Notes: generated by a model not told the origin, from the sequence alone. A stretch of 64,000 nucleotides of DNA from Candidatus Methanomethylicia archaeon (GCA_038727515.1 JAVYVS010000003.1:128001-192000), one strand, 5' to 3'. Shown: positions 42,866-57,668, counted from the first letter of the stretch. Made by a program: numbers and translations.

Positions 42866-44122
42866 TTACTTTATATTGTCGCTAATTTTATATCTTAATA
42901 TGGCAGCTACACCACCAAAGGATTTACGTAATTGTTCCCCCTCTTCGGTTTCAGTGGATATTAATTCTATTTTTACACCATTAGCTTCAGCCTTTTCAAT
43001 AATTTCATCTAAAATTATTTTTTTATCATTTATTATCATTTGACCATTACACTTAGGGCACGGTTCACTTAGTATTTTTGATTCTTCAGACAAGTTAATG
43101 ACTTTCTCCATACGATACCCGCAATTTGAACATTGAAGAATTATTCTTTCTAAATTTTCGAGATCTGTTGATAATAATATTTTTTCAACAAGATTTAGAG
43201 AAAGTAAATTTTCCACATTACTTAGTCCATATGATATGCAACTGTCATCTTTGTTTAAGATTGTTAGAAACTCTTGCATGATATTCTTCTCACGTATATA
43301 CTTGACATTTTGTAGCAAATCTTTACTTCTATTCACCAACTCATAGATACCTTCTTCACTTGTATATCCAGTATCGACCACTCCGAGGATTTTAGATTGA
43401 AGTTGATAGTGAAGATAGTTTCCTTTAGCAAATTCTTCTTTAGTTTTACCAGGACCACCAATTATTATTCCTTGTAAAGTTATGTTCGTGTTTAAAAAGA
43501 ATTTTTCAGCATATTCTGCAACTCTCTTATAGAATTCATGTGCCATTTGTTCAATTACACGTTCATACCTTCTTTGAGATTGCCCTCCAGCATCATGTTT
43601 TCCTGGAACCCCAGAAGTTATTGTATCAAGTATGTATAACTGTCTACCTTTTAGAATAGCAAATGTTGCTTCGTTACGATCCATCACGATTAATCCATAA
43701 AACTCTTTTTCAGTAATTATCTCTTTTAGTGGATCTAAGTAAAATTTGCTATCACATCTGTATAAATATGTTCTTATTGGTTCAGATGGTATTATCATAT
43801 GTATTTCCATTTTTTCATCACCCGGGATTCCTGTTGAAATATATCCGCAAAAAATCACTAAACCATTTTCAGGAACTGTTTTAAATAGTTTTAATCTTTG
43901 TATACAAGATGTTAATGCATCAAGTACATGGTGTCTAGTTCTCCTGTCTTTAATGTTACTTGCTTGTGAATACTCTTGTTTTAATGCATTCATGACGTCA
44001 GATATTTGACGCCCTGGAGGTATGTATAGGCTTATTAATTCGGTTCCTCTACCTTCTTTACTTTCTAACTCTTTTATTAATTTTTGAAGTTTATACTCTT
44101 CAATTGAACTTTTTTCACTCAA
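42866..44122 (-). CDS. prf1: Peptide chain release factor aRF1
   Basis: GTELISLYIP, NIKD, YRCD, GGQS; CxxC/CxxC insertion in domain 3. Confidence 0.96.
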   Translation of the reverse strand: MSEKSSIEEYKLQKLIKELESKEGRGTELISLYIPPGRQISDVMNALKQEYSQASNIKDRRTRHHVLDALTSCIQRLKLFKTVPENGLVIFCGYISTGIPGDEKMEIHMIIPSEPIRTYLYRCDSKFYLDPLKEIITEKEFYGLIVMDRNEATFAILKGRQLYILDTITSGVPGKHDAGGQSQRRYERVIEQMAHEFYKRVAEYAEKFFLNTNITLQGIIIGGPGKTKEEFAKGNYLHYQLQSKILGVVDTGYTSEEGIYELVNRSKDLLQNVKYIREKNIMQEFLTILNKDDSCISYGLSNVENLLSLNLVEKILLSTDLENLERIILQCSNCGYRMEKVINLSEESKILSEPCPKCNGQMIINDKKIILDEIIEKAEANGVKIELISTETEEGEQLRKSFGGVAAILRYKISDNIK

Positions 44123-44208
44123 TCAATACACCCCTACAAATCTGAGAAAATTCAAGTTAGAAAATATTATAAACTTTCTTATGAATTAAACTTTATTATG
44201 ATGATTAT

Positions 44209-44916
44209 ATGAGAAAAATTGTTGTAAGAATAGGGGGACATTTATTATTCTCTTCAAAGAATAAGATAAATGTTAATTTAATTAATGAATTTTCCAGAAT
44301 ACTTAAAAAAGCTTGTGACGAAGGAAATATTATACGGTTAGTTATTGGTGGCGGTGATTATGCAAGGGAATATATAAGTGCAGCTGAACGCATAAATGCA
44401 TCAGAATTCGAGAAGGATTATCTAGCGATATTAATAACACGTGCCAACGCGTTTTTATTTAAATTGGCACTTAAAGAGTACGCATATGACTATATCCCAC
44501 AAACATTAGATGAAATATTGAGAGTAAATAGTTTAACAAATAAGATAATAGTTTGTGGGGGATTAACCCCAGCTCAATCTACTATGAGTGTCGCTGCCAC
44601 CATCGCAGAAGCAATAAAAGCAGATTTAATAATAAATGCTACTAATGTGGAGGGAGTATATTCAAAAGATCCTAAAGTATATCATGATGCAAAACTCTTA
44701 AAGAAAGTATCTACACAAGAATTAAAAAACATCCTAAAAGACCAACAAACAAAAGCAGGGTATTACGAACTTATAGACCAACAAGCAATAAATATAATTG
44801 AAAGAGCAAAAATACCATTAAGAGTTATCAATGGTGAAAATGCTGAGAATATAATTAGAGTAATCAATGGTGAAGACATAGGAACTTTAGTAGTACCAAA
44901 GAATAACTGTTCCTAA
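44209..44916 (+). CDS. pyrH: UMP kinase
   Basis: RIGG, GGG..AR.YI, P.QST, TNVEGVYSKDP. Confidence 0.92.
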   Translation: MRKIVVRIGGHLLFSSKNKINVNLINEFSRILKKACDEGNIIRLVIGGGDYAREYISAAERINASEFEKDYLAILITRANAFLFKLALKEYAYDYIPQTLDEILRVNSLTNKIIVCGGLTPAQSTMSVAATIAEAIKADLIINATNVEGVYSKDPKVYHDAKLLKKVSTQELKNILKDQQTKAGYYELIDQQAINIIERAKIPLRVINGENAENIIRVINGEDIGTLVVPKNNCS

Positions 44917-45127
44917 AGAGAGTAAAATAAATATATAAGAAAATTGGTAATAATATTTGGCCCACACTAAAAAGGCGGCGTCGACTAGACAAGGGGTTAA
45001 ACCCCTCGTATGAATAGTCGGCCTCCAAGTGTGGGTAAACTTATGTGGACCTAAAATTTCTTTTAGGTCTGAATAAGGGTTCAATCCCCGTAAATGCCCC
45101 CGCAAAAATTATTATGCGGCCGTACTA

Positions 45128-46629
<1,502 letters not shown>

Positions 46630-46774
46630 ACGTTATTATCATTGGGGGCTACGATAGGGATTGAACCCTTAGATGCAATCTGAAGAGTAAACTCTTCAGA
46701 TGAAGGGTGGAGGGATATTTATCCTAATGACTACCATGCATAGTTAGGTGCGTGACTTGGTATAGTTTACAGGA

Positions 46775-49842
<3,068 letters not shown>

Positions 49843-49905
49843 TCCTGTAAACTATACCAAACGAAACGCCTAACTATGCATGGTGTCTATTTTAAAATGG
49901 GGGGA

Positions 49906-50248
49906 ATGTAGGGTAAGTAGCGAGGCGGGTTCCGAGTAAAACTGGCGACAGTTTTACTTGAGGAAGCCCACCCCCACTGTGGCGCCGCAACCCCATAAGG
50001 GGTAGGGCGAAAGCCCTAGCTATGGCACAGAAATAACACCCCTTCTGGTTATATGAGGATGATACACGCACCAAGCCTTGCAAAAGGCTGAATTAAGCTG
50101 TTGACGAGACCAGAAGAGTGGTTGAAAAAGCCAGGCTTGCGGGGGCAAGGCCAAAAAGAGCTGATGAGCTGCCACACGAAGCTCAGGTAGGCCGCTTAGA
50201 CGAATCCCGCCATAAACAAAAGGTGGGCTATCGCTACTTACCCTACAT
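49906..50248 (+). ncRNA. rnpB: RNase P RNA
   Basis: GAGGAAGCCCACC pairs with AAACAAAAGGTGGGCT (P4); ACAGAAA; P1 ATGTAGGGTAAGTAGCGA/TCGCTACTTACCCTACAT. Confidence 0.9.
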
Positions 50249-50765
50249 AACCCAAAAATTGTTTACGAAACTCGTTTTCTAAATTCATTAATTCAATACT
50301 ATTTTTTGAATTAATATAACATTTAATTAATTTTTCATTTATTGACATAAAGTTTAATCCCCACTTAAAAAGTGATAATAATTTCACGGCTAAATTCATT
50401 TCATCTAACAAAATCAGTGCTGCTGCAAATGCCTCAACGCTGCTTAACATATATGGTTTCGCATAATTAACAGGGTTAGCTGCAAAAAATAATGGTAAAC
50501 GTCTACTATTGTAAAGGTCTTTGAAATTATTTAAGATATCTTGATTCTTCCAAGAACAATCAATGACTACTAATCCCCCGTTTCTCACAATAGGTTTATC
50601 TAGTGTACTTAATATTTTTGTGGAAAATGGATTCAAAATAATAGAATTTTTATACACATTTTTCAATGATTTAATAAATTTTACAAACCCAAATTTTTTA
50701 AGTTTTATTGAAGTACATTTTCGAGGATCGCATTCATGAAGATGCCAAACATATAAAGGGAACAT
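50238..50765 (-). CDS. tsr3: 16S rRNA aminocarboxypropyltransferase Tsr3
   Basis: ECDPRKCTS.KL, IDCSW, RRLP...AANPVNY.....LSSVEAF, FKWG. Confidence 0.93.
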   Translation of the reverse strand: MFPLYVWHLHECDPRKCTSIKLKKFGFVKFIKSLKNVYKNSIILNPFSTKILSTLDKPIVRNGGLVVIDCSWKNQDILNNFKDLYNSRRLPLFFAANPVNYAKPYMLSSVEAFAAALILLDEMNLAVKLLSLFKWGLNFMSINEKLIKCYINSKNSIELMNLENEFRKQFLGYVG

Positions 50766-50841
50766 ATTATCATTAACCTAAAAAATATCTTAAACTAAAC
50801 ACTTAAATTTTAGTTTTAATCAAATATGAGTGTGATGAAAA

Positions 50842-51087
50842 ATGAGCACAGCCTTCGTTCTCATAAACACAGAAATAGGTTCGGAAAGAGAAGTTGCTAA
50901 AGAATTAGTGAAAATAGATGGTGTTGAAGAAGCTTATGTTATTTACGGTGTTTACGATATAATAGCAAAAGTAAAAGCTGAAAACTTAGATAAGTTAAAA
51001 GAAATAATAACACTAAAAATAAGGAAGATGGAAAAAGTAAGATCAACATTAACTATGATTGTCGTTGAAGAAGGTAAGAAGAAATAA
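50842..51087 (+). CDS. Stand-alone Lrp/AsnC ligand-binding (RAM) domain protein
   Basis: AFVLINTE.G.E, YGVYDIIAKV, STLTMIV. Confidence 0.88.
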   Translation: MSTAFVLINTEIGSEREVAKELVKIDGVEEAYVIYGVYDIIAKVKAENLDKLKEIITLKIRKMEKVRSTLTMIVVEEGKKK

Positions 51088-51099
51088 GAATGAAGGTAA

Positions 51100-52455
51100 A
51101 TGGTCATAAAATTTCATATAGGAATTGACAATACAGATTCAATTTATGGGGGATGTACAACATATGTAGGAGCATTAATCATAGAAGAGCTTTTAAAAAT
51201 CAAAGGTATAAACTTTATAGATTACCCAAACTTAATAAGATTAAATCCCAATATACCATGGAAAACTAGAGGAAATGGTGCGATAGCGCTCAGAATAGAA
51301 ATTTTAAATGATGAAATAATCGATATAATAAAAGAGAAAGTTGTTAAAAAAGTTTTTGAAAGTTCACGTATAGATGAGGGTGCTGAACCTGCAGTAGCTT
51401 TCTTGAGGGGTGAGATCCCAAAAATACTAAGAAATTTTTCCGTAGATGTTATAAGGAGATTGGTGAATTTAGAAGAAACAATCAGAATAGCAAAGGAAAG
51501 CCATGTTGAATTTGTAACGTTAGAAGAGAATAAAAATAAAGGAATTGTTGGGGCCGTAAGTGCAATAGGAATGACTATGGAAGAAGATTACACTTTTGAA
51601 CTTCTTGCATATAGGAAGAAAGAAAATTACGGAAAGAAGAGGATGGTAGATGAAAAAAGTGTATATGAAATGGATAGATTAACCTCACCATACACCTTTA
51701 ATAACATAGATTATAATGAGAGAAGAATATTAATTACGCCTAGAGGACCGGATCCAGTATTGTTTGGAATTAGAGGCGAAACCCCAAAAATACTCTTAGC
51801 AGCTCTAAAAAAATTGAAAATATATGAACCCATAGAGAGATGGGTAATATACAGAACAAATCAAGGCACGGACAATCATTTCAAACATACAAAGGATCTT
51901 ATGAATATAAGAGAATACGACTCTGTGAAGGTATGTGGCACTATTTGCACATCACCAAAAATAATACAAGGAGGACACACGATATTAACAATGACGGATG
52001 GAAAAAATAACATTAAGTGCATTATATATGAGCCTACAGGTCATCTAAGGAAAATAGCATACCACTTGCTTCCAGGAGATATTATAGAGGTTTACGGTTC
52101 AGTAAAAAAGTCGGGAAAAGAGGACCTGACAATAAATGTTGAAAAAATTTATATAAAGAAAATAGCACATATAAAGGAAAAAGTTAATCCAAAATGCCCA
52201 ACATGCAACTCAACAATGAAATCAGAAGGGAAAAATAAAGGGTATGAATGTAAAAAATGCAAATATAAAGCAAATTTAGTGAAAATAGAAATAGAAAAAG
52301 TAAGGAGTATTATAGAGGGTTTATATATGCCTACCCCAAAAGCTCAAAGACATTTAACGAAACCACTAATAAGGTATGGACAAGAAAAGGAAAAACATCA
52401 AATAAAACTAATTAAAAATTGGTATTGGAGTGAAACTATTAAATGTAGAGAGTAA
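51100..52455 (+). CDS. tiaS: tRNA(Ile2)-agmatinylcytidine synthase
   Basis: GID.TDS..GGCTT, RLNPNIPWKTRGNG, P.GPDPVLFGIRG, TNQGTD, HLTKP. Confidence 0.95.
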   Translation: MVIKFHIGIDNTDSIYGGCTTYVGALIIEELLKIKGINFIDYPNLIRLNPNIPWKTRGNGAIALRIEILNDEIIDIIKEKVVKKVFESSRIDEGAEPAVAFLRGEIPKILRNFSVDVIRRLVNLEETIRIAKESHVEFVTLEENKNKGIVGAVSAIGMTMEEDYTFELLAYRKKENYGKKRMVDEKSVYEMDRLTSPYTFNNIDYNERRILITPRGPDPVLFGIRGETPKILLAALKKLKIYEPIERWVIYRTNQGTDNHFKHTKDLMNIREYDSVKVCGTICTSPKIIQGGHTILTMTDGKNNIKCIIYEPTGHLRKIAYHLLPGDIIEVYGSVKKSGKEDLTINVEKIYIKKIAHIKEKVNPKCPTCNSTMKSEGKNKGYECKKCKYKANLVKIEIEKVRSIIEGLYMPTPKAQRHLTKPLIRYGQEKEKHQIKLIKNWYWSETIKCRE

Positions 52456-52497
52456 AACTTATTGCCCAGAAAAGAATATTTAATCATAAATAGAAGA

Positions 52498-52575
52498 AGC
52501 GGGGTGGGCTAGCCAGGTTATGCCGCGGGGCTCATAACCCCGAGGTCGGTGGTTCAAATCCACCCCCCGCTACCA
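52498..52575 (+). tRNA. Initiator tRNA-Met(CAT)
   Basis: A1-U72 pair, GGG/CCC anticodon stem around CTCATAA, CCA encoded. Confidence 0.95.
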
Positions 52576-53193
52576 ATTTTTAATTAATGTTCTTCCTTTG
52601 GCTTGTTTCATTCTTACAAGCAAAACAGAACTGATATACTAAAGTTTATTTAATGTCATTTTACGATCTAAAAACCATTACAGATACAAAGTAGTCAAAA
52701 ATTTTGACCATACTTTAACTAAAAACTATGATTTATGGTTCCTTTAGGAACCATAAGAAAGGCTTCTTTTAAAACCTCTTCTTATAGTTTACAACGAATA
52801 AAAACTGAATATAATGGTTACTTATTGGATGCAAAAATTCTCGTTTTAATAAAAGCAAACTTAAAATAGTTATATTTATAATGAACTATAATGATGCGTA
52901 TAAAATCTCTAAAAATCATATATATAAATATTTCTATAATCATAAACATAAAGAACCCCATTTATCATAGTATTTATGTTAAGTTAAATCATTATATGTT
53001 AACTAGTTTGCTAAAATACATCTAGATACTTTAAAACTAAAAGGAAAAAACAATTTATGTATAGTTTACTGCACAGTCAATGGTTTTAAAATATTTATTT
53101 TTAATATTTTTTAAAAATAATGAAATTATGGAAAAATTAGAATCATCCATAACTATCATTAATCACTAACAATAATTAAAGAACATTTGGAGG

Positions 53194-54410
53194 ACCCCGT
53201 TCTCTTCCTATGGAATAATAAGAGAGTGATAGATGTATCTATCTTATTATGTTGAAGTTTTTAGAGTAATTACTCTATTTCTTTTTATAAAAATGATTAT
53301 ATAATGTAATTCGGAATATATTATAGAGTATTTCTTCACTACCCAATAACATAACAAACATTTTAAAGGTATTTCCATAAGAAATAATGGGGTGACCCTT
53401 TGCCTTATATTGATGATGAAAAAGCATACAAATTAGCACAATTTGTTCCAGCAGATGAGAGGTTAAAACTAATAAAAATAGTTTTTGAAGCATGTGGTGA
53501 AAATATATCTAAAACTGCAAAAGAAATAGGGGTAACACGAGCTCAAATATATCGATACTTAAAAAGAGCTGAAAGAAAGGACACTCCTTCAGACAAAATA
53601 TTTTCGAAGGTAATAATTGCTGCATATCGTCTTCGACCTGCACAAACACAAGACTTCTTTAGATTTATCCTGAGGCAAATGAGGGAATTAGTTTCCAAAC
53701 TATAAAAACTTTGTTTCATCTAATTTTGTTATATAACTTTTAATCCCCAGGATCGAGGTCCTTAAACTTCATAGGTTCAAAAATAATATATTATAGATCA
53801 TTATTAACCCCCATATACTTTAATTTATAACGGTACTTTTCCTATTTTTGTTATATGTGTGATGAACTATTGTTGTAACGTTCACAAATGATTTATTTGT
53901 AATATATAAATTTTTCTATCATTAAACACATAAAACTTAATAATCTACTTAAATTTATGATTTTTCCACATCATAACATTTCAACTAATTTGTATATACA
54001 AATCAAGATTTATTTCAACTAACTAAACTAAACACTTTTTTAAATAGTTCACTCTGCAGGTTCTGAATAACTTCACACTTAATTAATACTTATCATACCC
54101 CTTAAAAACCCCTTGTAACTTCAAAAATACAATGGGAAATGGAATAGGCTAATTAAAAAAAGTTTAATGCAGTCTTTACCCCTACATTTCCATTGGAAAA
54201 TTACAAAAAAGTAAATAAATTTTAGTTTATACGATTTTTTAATTCTATAAGCTCATTTTCGAATATTTTAGTAAAAAAAACCTTTTTTTAAATAATTCAG
54301 TTTTTAAATATCTTTTTTATTATATTATGCTGTTGTATTCAAATATTTTTGCAAAAGATTTATTACTTCCTTCAATTATAATATTTTATAACCTCCTTTT
54401 TTCCTGGAAC
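53194..54410. promoter_or_regulatory. Putative replication origin: ORB-like boxes and AT-rich unwinding region
   Basis: TTCCAATGGAAATGTAGGGGT (minus, 54178-54198), TTCCATAAGAAATAATGGGGT (plus, 53373-53393), TTCCATAGGAAGAGAACGGGGT (minus, 53194-53215), weaker GTTCCAGGAAAAAAGGAGGT (minus, 54391-54410); very AT-rich 54200-54360. Confidence 0.6.
53400..53705 (+). CDS. HTH DNA-binding protein
   Basis: NISKTAKEIGVTRAQIYRYL HTH followed by PSD; GGGGTGA RBS before a TTG start. Confidence 0.8.
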   Translation: MPYIDDEKAYKLAQFVPADERLKLIKIVFEACGENISKTAKEIGVTRAQIYRYLKRAERKDTPSDKIFSKVIIAAYRLRPAQTQDFFRFILRQMRELVSKL

Positions 54411-54459
54411 CACGCATGAAATCATCATCAAGTAGATGATAAGAAAGAGGGGATGAAAA

Positions 54460-54870
54460 ATGAAAAAGGGCAAATGGCTATTACAGTATACTTCCCCTAG
54501 TGGTAATAGAGTTACGATCTCCTTAGAAGGCAAGTTTGATGTAGAGAAAATTAAACAACTTGCTGAATTAATAGAATTAATGAACATGTCTGATGAGACT
54601 GATTTTAAATATGATATCACAAGTGAGAGTAAATCACGTAGAACAAATTTGAAGGAGTCATTAGTTTTATTGATAGAGAGGGAATTTAAAAATCGTTGGT
54701 TTAGCAGTAAGGATGTTGTAGAGGCCTATTATAAGGTATATGGGGAAAGGATACCCATGAGCACAGTTTCTTCCTACTTATCGAGATTATTACATGCTGG
54801 TGTTTTATCGTGTAAAGGACCTAAATCTAGAAGATTGTATAATATTTCAGCAAATGTTGTAGATGCTTAA
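54460..54870 (+). CDS. Winged-helix protein of unknown function
   Basis: Small N-terminal alpha/beta domain; C-terminal wHTH WFSSKDV...Y...YGE.I.MSTVSSYLSRL...GVL. Confidence 0.8.
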   Translation: MKKGKWLLQYTSPSGNRVTISLEGKFDVEKIKQLAELIELMNMSDETDFKYDITSESKSRRTNLKESLVLLIEREFKNRWFSSKDVVEAYYKVYGERIPMSTVSSYLSRLLHAGVLSCKGPKSRRLYNISANVVDA

Positions 54871-54908
54871 CTTATAATTGTGTGATACGTGATATATTTT
54901 TTATAAAG

Positions 54909-55475
54909 TTACATCACACTATCCTCTAGTAATATATATTGTTTTACTTTTTCAGGTACAATATACTTATATGGCCAAGTTTTTTCATCCCTTATTAAAA
55001 TTCCTTCATTTGCAAGTTTTTTCAGTAACCTGCTTATGTGTTCCCTAGTTTTACCAATACGTTTTGCTAAAGCAGTTCCACCTTTTATCTCTGGATCTTT
55101 TGCAATAATTTTTATTATTTGTTTTTCAGTTTCTGTGAGGGTATTTATTTTGTCAACAATGTCTTCTCCTTCTGTCTTCTTAGTTTTTTCTGTAATTTGA
55201 GGTTTTCCATGTATTTCCTTAATTTTTTTATATTCTAAGGGGGCTGGTTTTCGATTAATTTCCTCATTTATATTTGCATATTCTCTTATAAAACTTTCAA
55301 TTCTCCTTATTCTATTATTTATTGCATGTAAATGATCCTCTATAATTCCAAGTCTCTCTTCTATTATTTGTATTCGTGCAAATCTCCGATTTATTAAGTC
55401 GAGATAATCTATTATTTCCCTGTAAATTTCTTGCAGTATTTTATCTGATGACTTTTTTTGATGTTCTATGTTCAC
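54909..55475 (-). CDS. Coiled-coil plus MarR-like wHTH protein
   Basis: Heptad-rich N-terminus; LTETEKQII...LAKRIGKTREHISRLLKKL...G.L.RD....PY.Y. Confidence 0.8.
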   Translation of the reverse strand: MNIEHQKKSSDKILQEIYREIIDYLDLINRRFARIQIIEERLGIIEDHLHAINNRIRRIESFIREYANINEEINRKPAPLEYKKIKEIHGKPQITEKTKKTEGEDIVDKINTLTETEKQIIKIIAKDPEIKGGTALAKRIGKTREHISRLLKKLANEGILIRDEKTWPYKYIVPEKVKQYILLEDSVM

Positions 55476-56808
55476 TTTTAATCACATTTATCATATATCA
55501 CTTCTCACTTAAAGCTCTTTTGGGTCAAATTTTTTGCAATTAAAATTTATCCTCTTAATGTATTTTGGGTCAATACTTTTGGGGAGTTTTTGAAGCCAGC
55601 TCTATTTCGTGGAGTGGGCAATTCCCCAATTATGCTAACAATAATATTTAACATATTTTTATGATAAATGATGTGATTTTGATACTAAAATCACATATTA
55701 CAATAAACGAGATAACTTCAAAATATTTTTTAAACCTTATTCCCTTCCTTTTTAGTGTCGTTTAATTCTTTAAAATTAACAGAAGATTCGGGCAATTTAT
55801 TTTTTGGCTAAGTGATGATTATTCTAAACTAGAAATAAATAATAAAAATAAAACTAAAATCCTAGGATACTATTTAAATATTTAGGTCAGCCATACTTTT
55901 TCAAGTTTATACCTTCAGTATTAATATGGTAGTATTGATAGACCCTCCAGAATATTTTCGCTACTTCTAAAGAAATGTAATTTGTGGGGGATTGCTCATC
56001 CCACAAATTATGAACAATTTTAAATCACATGACTACAATTTGATATGTCATGAACCAATGTATGTTTGCTTTTATCTAAGAATTTCTCTTGTTAGAGGGA
56101 GAAATTTCCTCGCAATGTGTTCATTTTTTAAGAAAATTGTAAGGAGATGGAATTCAAGTAATATTTAAAGTTTATTAGGGGACCTTAAAGATCGTGGAAA
56201 CCATATTAAACTAAATGAACTTCATCAACTTTTTTACGATCTCATAATATACTTTCTTTCGTGTTTTTAATTGGAGATAAAGTCTTAAGGTTACTGTAAT
56301 TCTCCGTATTACTTATCATTTTTGCATTTATCTTTATAGCCTTCACCGTGAATAAGGATTTTGATGTTTCGAAGTCCAAAAGAATTAACCTTAAATTACT
56401 TTTTTGGTTCCTATAATTTAACATTGCTATTTAATGAATTTTAATATCCTTTAATCGAAACATCAAAAATCCTCTAACAATAGCAGATTATATGCCGATT
56501 ATAGGTAGACAATTGGGATCTATACTTGAGCCAAGAAAAAAAAAATGCCAGAACCAGTATCACCTACAGGTAATTTGAGGTTAATTGAGTTATTGATATC
56601 CTTTCAATCTTACATTCATAGGTTTAAGTCTTATGAAAATTTGCTTTTGATCAAGAGGGGTATCAAAGTTTTAATTAACAAAAAAGGATATCAATAAATG
56701 AATAATATTAAAAAAGGTAATAAAATAATTCCCCTTTGATCAATGTAATACTTTTGTACAGTATTTATACTTAAATTGTAAGTGAAATTATTATCAACTC
56801 CACCCTAA

Positions 56809-57665
56809 TATAAACATAAATATTTTTATCTACATTTTAAATTAGATTTCATTGGTATAAGTAGTTAATGGCAAAGAATATGGGATATACTCCAACCTCA
56901 TCATCAATTGCAAGAATTTGAGTCTAAAGATATGATTAATAATTGTGGGGTTATAATATGGATTTCACTTTAATTTAATGAAAATCAAGTTAAGATCAGC
57001 ATTAACTTTGTATATACACACATCTACTTGTGTATATTAGGATTTAAACTTAAAAATTAATTAAAGCGCAGTCACATACATGATTGCTAATAAAGTAAAA
57101 ATATGAACTAATCTTGAAAAATTTAATGCAAAATATGAAAAAGTAATGTAATGTGACTAAAATCACTTAATAATCATATATCACAGCTCGTTATCATAAC
57201 TTGATGATAAATAAATAGATAGAACCTTTTTTTGTTTTGGTCCAAGAACACTTCAAATTTTTAGACCTGATTTAAATTCCTATTTAATTGAATCCATAAG
57301 GAATCATAAAAATAAGGTAATCAATTATTTAATCTAAGAATATACAAAAAGATTTTGAGAAGGATAAATAATAAATACCCATAAAATAATTTGATTTATC
57401 TTCATATTTTTATAAATGTGAAAACCCCCATATTTCCAAGTATTACTAAAATCATAAATATTGAAACAAAAACTACTATTTGAATGGGTGTTACCTTTAT
57501 TCCTCTTATTTCCTCTTCAAAGAAGCGTATGAGCCCGGCACCTGTTACCGGCATATAAGGGGATTCTTTCTTTTTCTTGGACATTTTATTCACCTTATTC
57601 ATAGTTATTAGAACTATAAACATAAATATTTTTATCTACATTTTAAATTAGATTTCATTGGTATA
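56809..57665 (+). repeat. Exact 51-bp direct repeat (56809-56859 and 57615-57665)
   Basis: TATAAACATAAATATTTTTATCTACATTTTAAATTAGATTTCATTGGTATA occurs twice. Confidence 0.9.
57402..57584 (-). CDS. secG: Preprotein translocase subunit Sec61beta/SecG
   Basis: P.TGAGLIRFFEEE..GIKVTP plus one TM; start moved to MSKKKK. Confidence 0.92.
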   Translation of the reverse strand: MSKKKKESPYMPVTGAGLIRFFEEEIRGIKVTPIQIVVFVSIFMILVILGNMGVFTFIKI

Positions 57666-57668
57666 TTT

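Noticed and set aside
55671-55696. Xer dif site (10-6-10 palindrome)
   Set aside because: Arms lack the inner TAA/TTA pattern typical of dif sites; kept only as a generic inverted repeat
52576-57400. Integrated element at tRNA-Met
   Set aside because: No duplicate of the tRNA 3' end and no integrase found; ORB-like boxes explain the region better
55476-57400. CRISPR array in the long non-coding tract
   Set aside because: No regularly spaced direct repeats of 24-40 bp and no cas genes
53850-57425. Apparent enrichment of TGTGA/TCACA words
   Set aside because: About 14 counted by eye versus roughly 6-9 expected at this AT content; too weak to claim without a proper test
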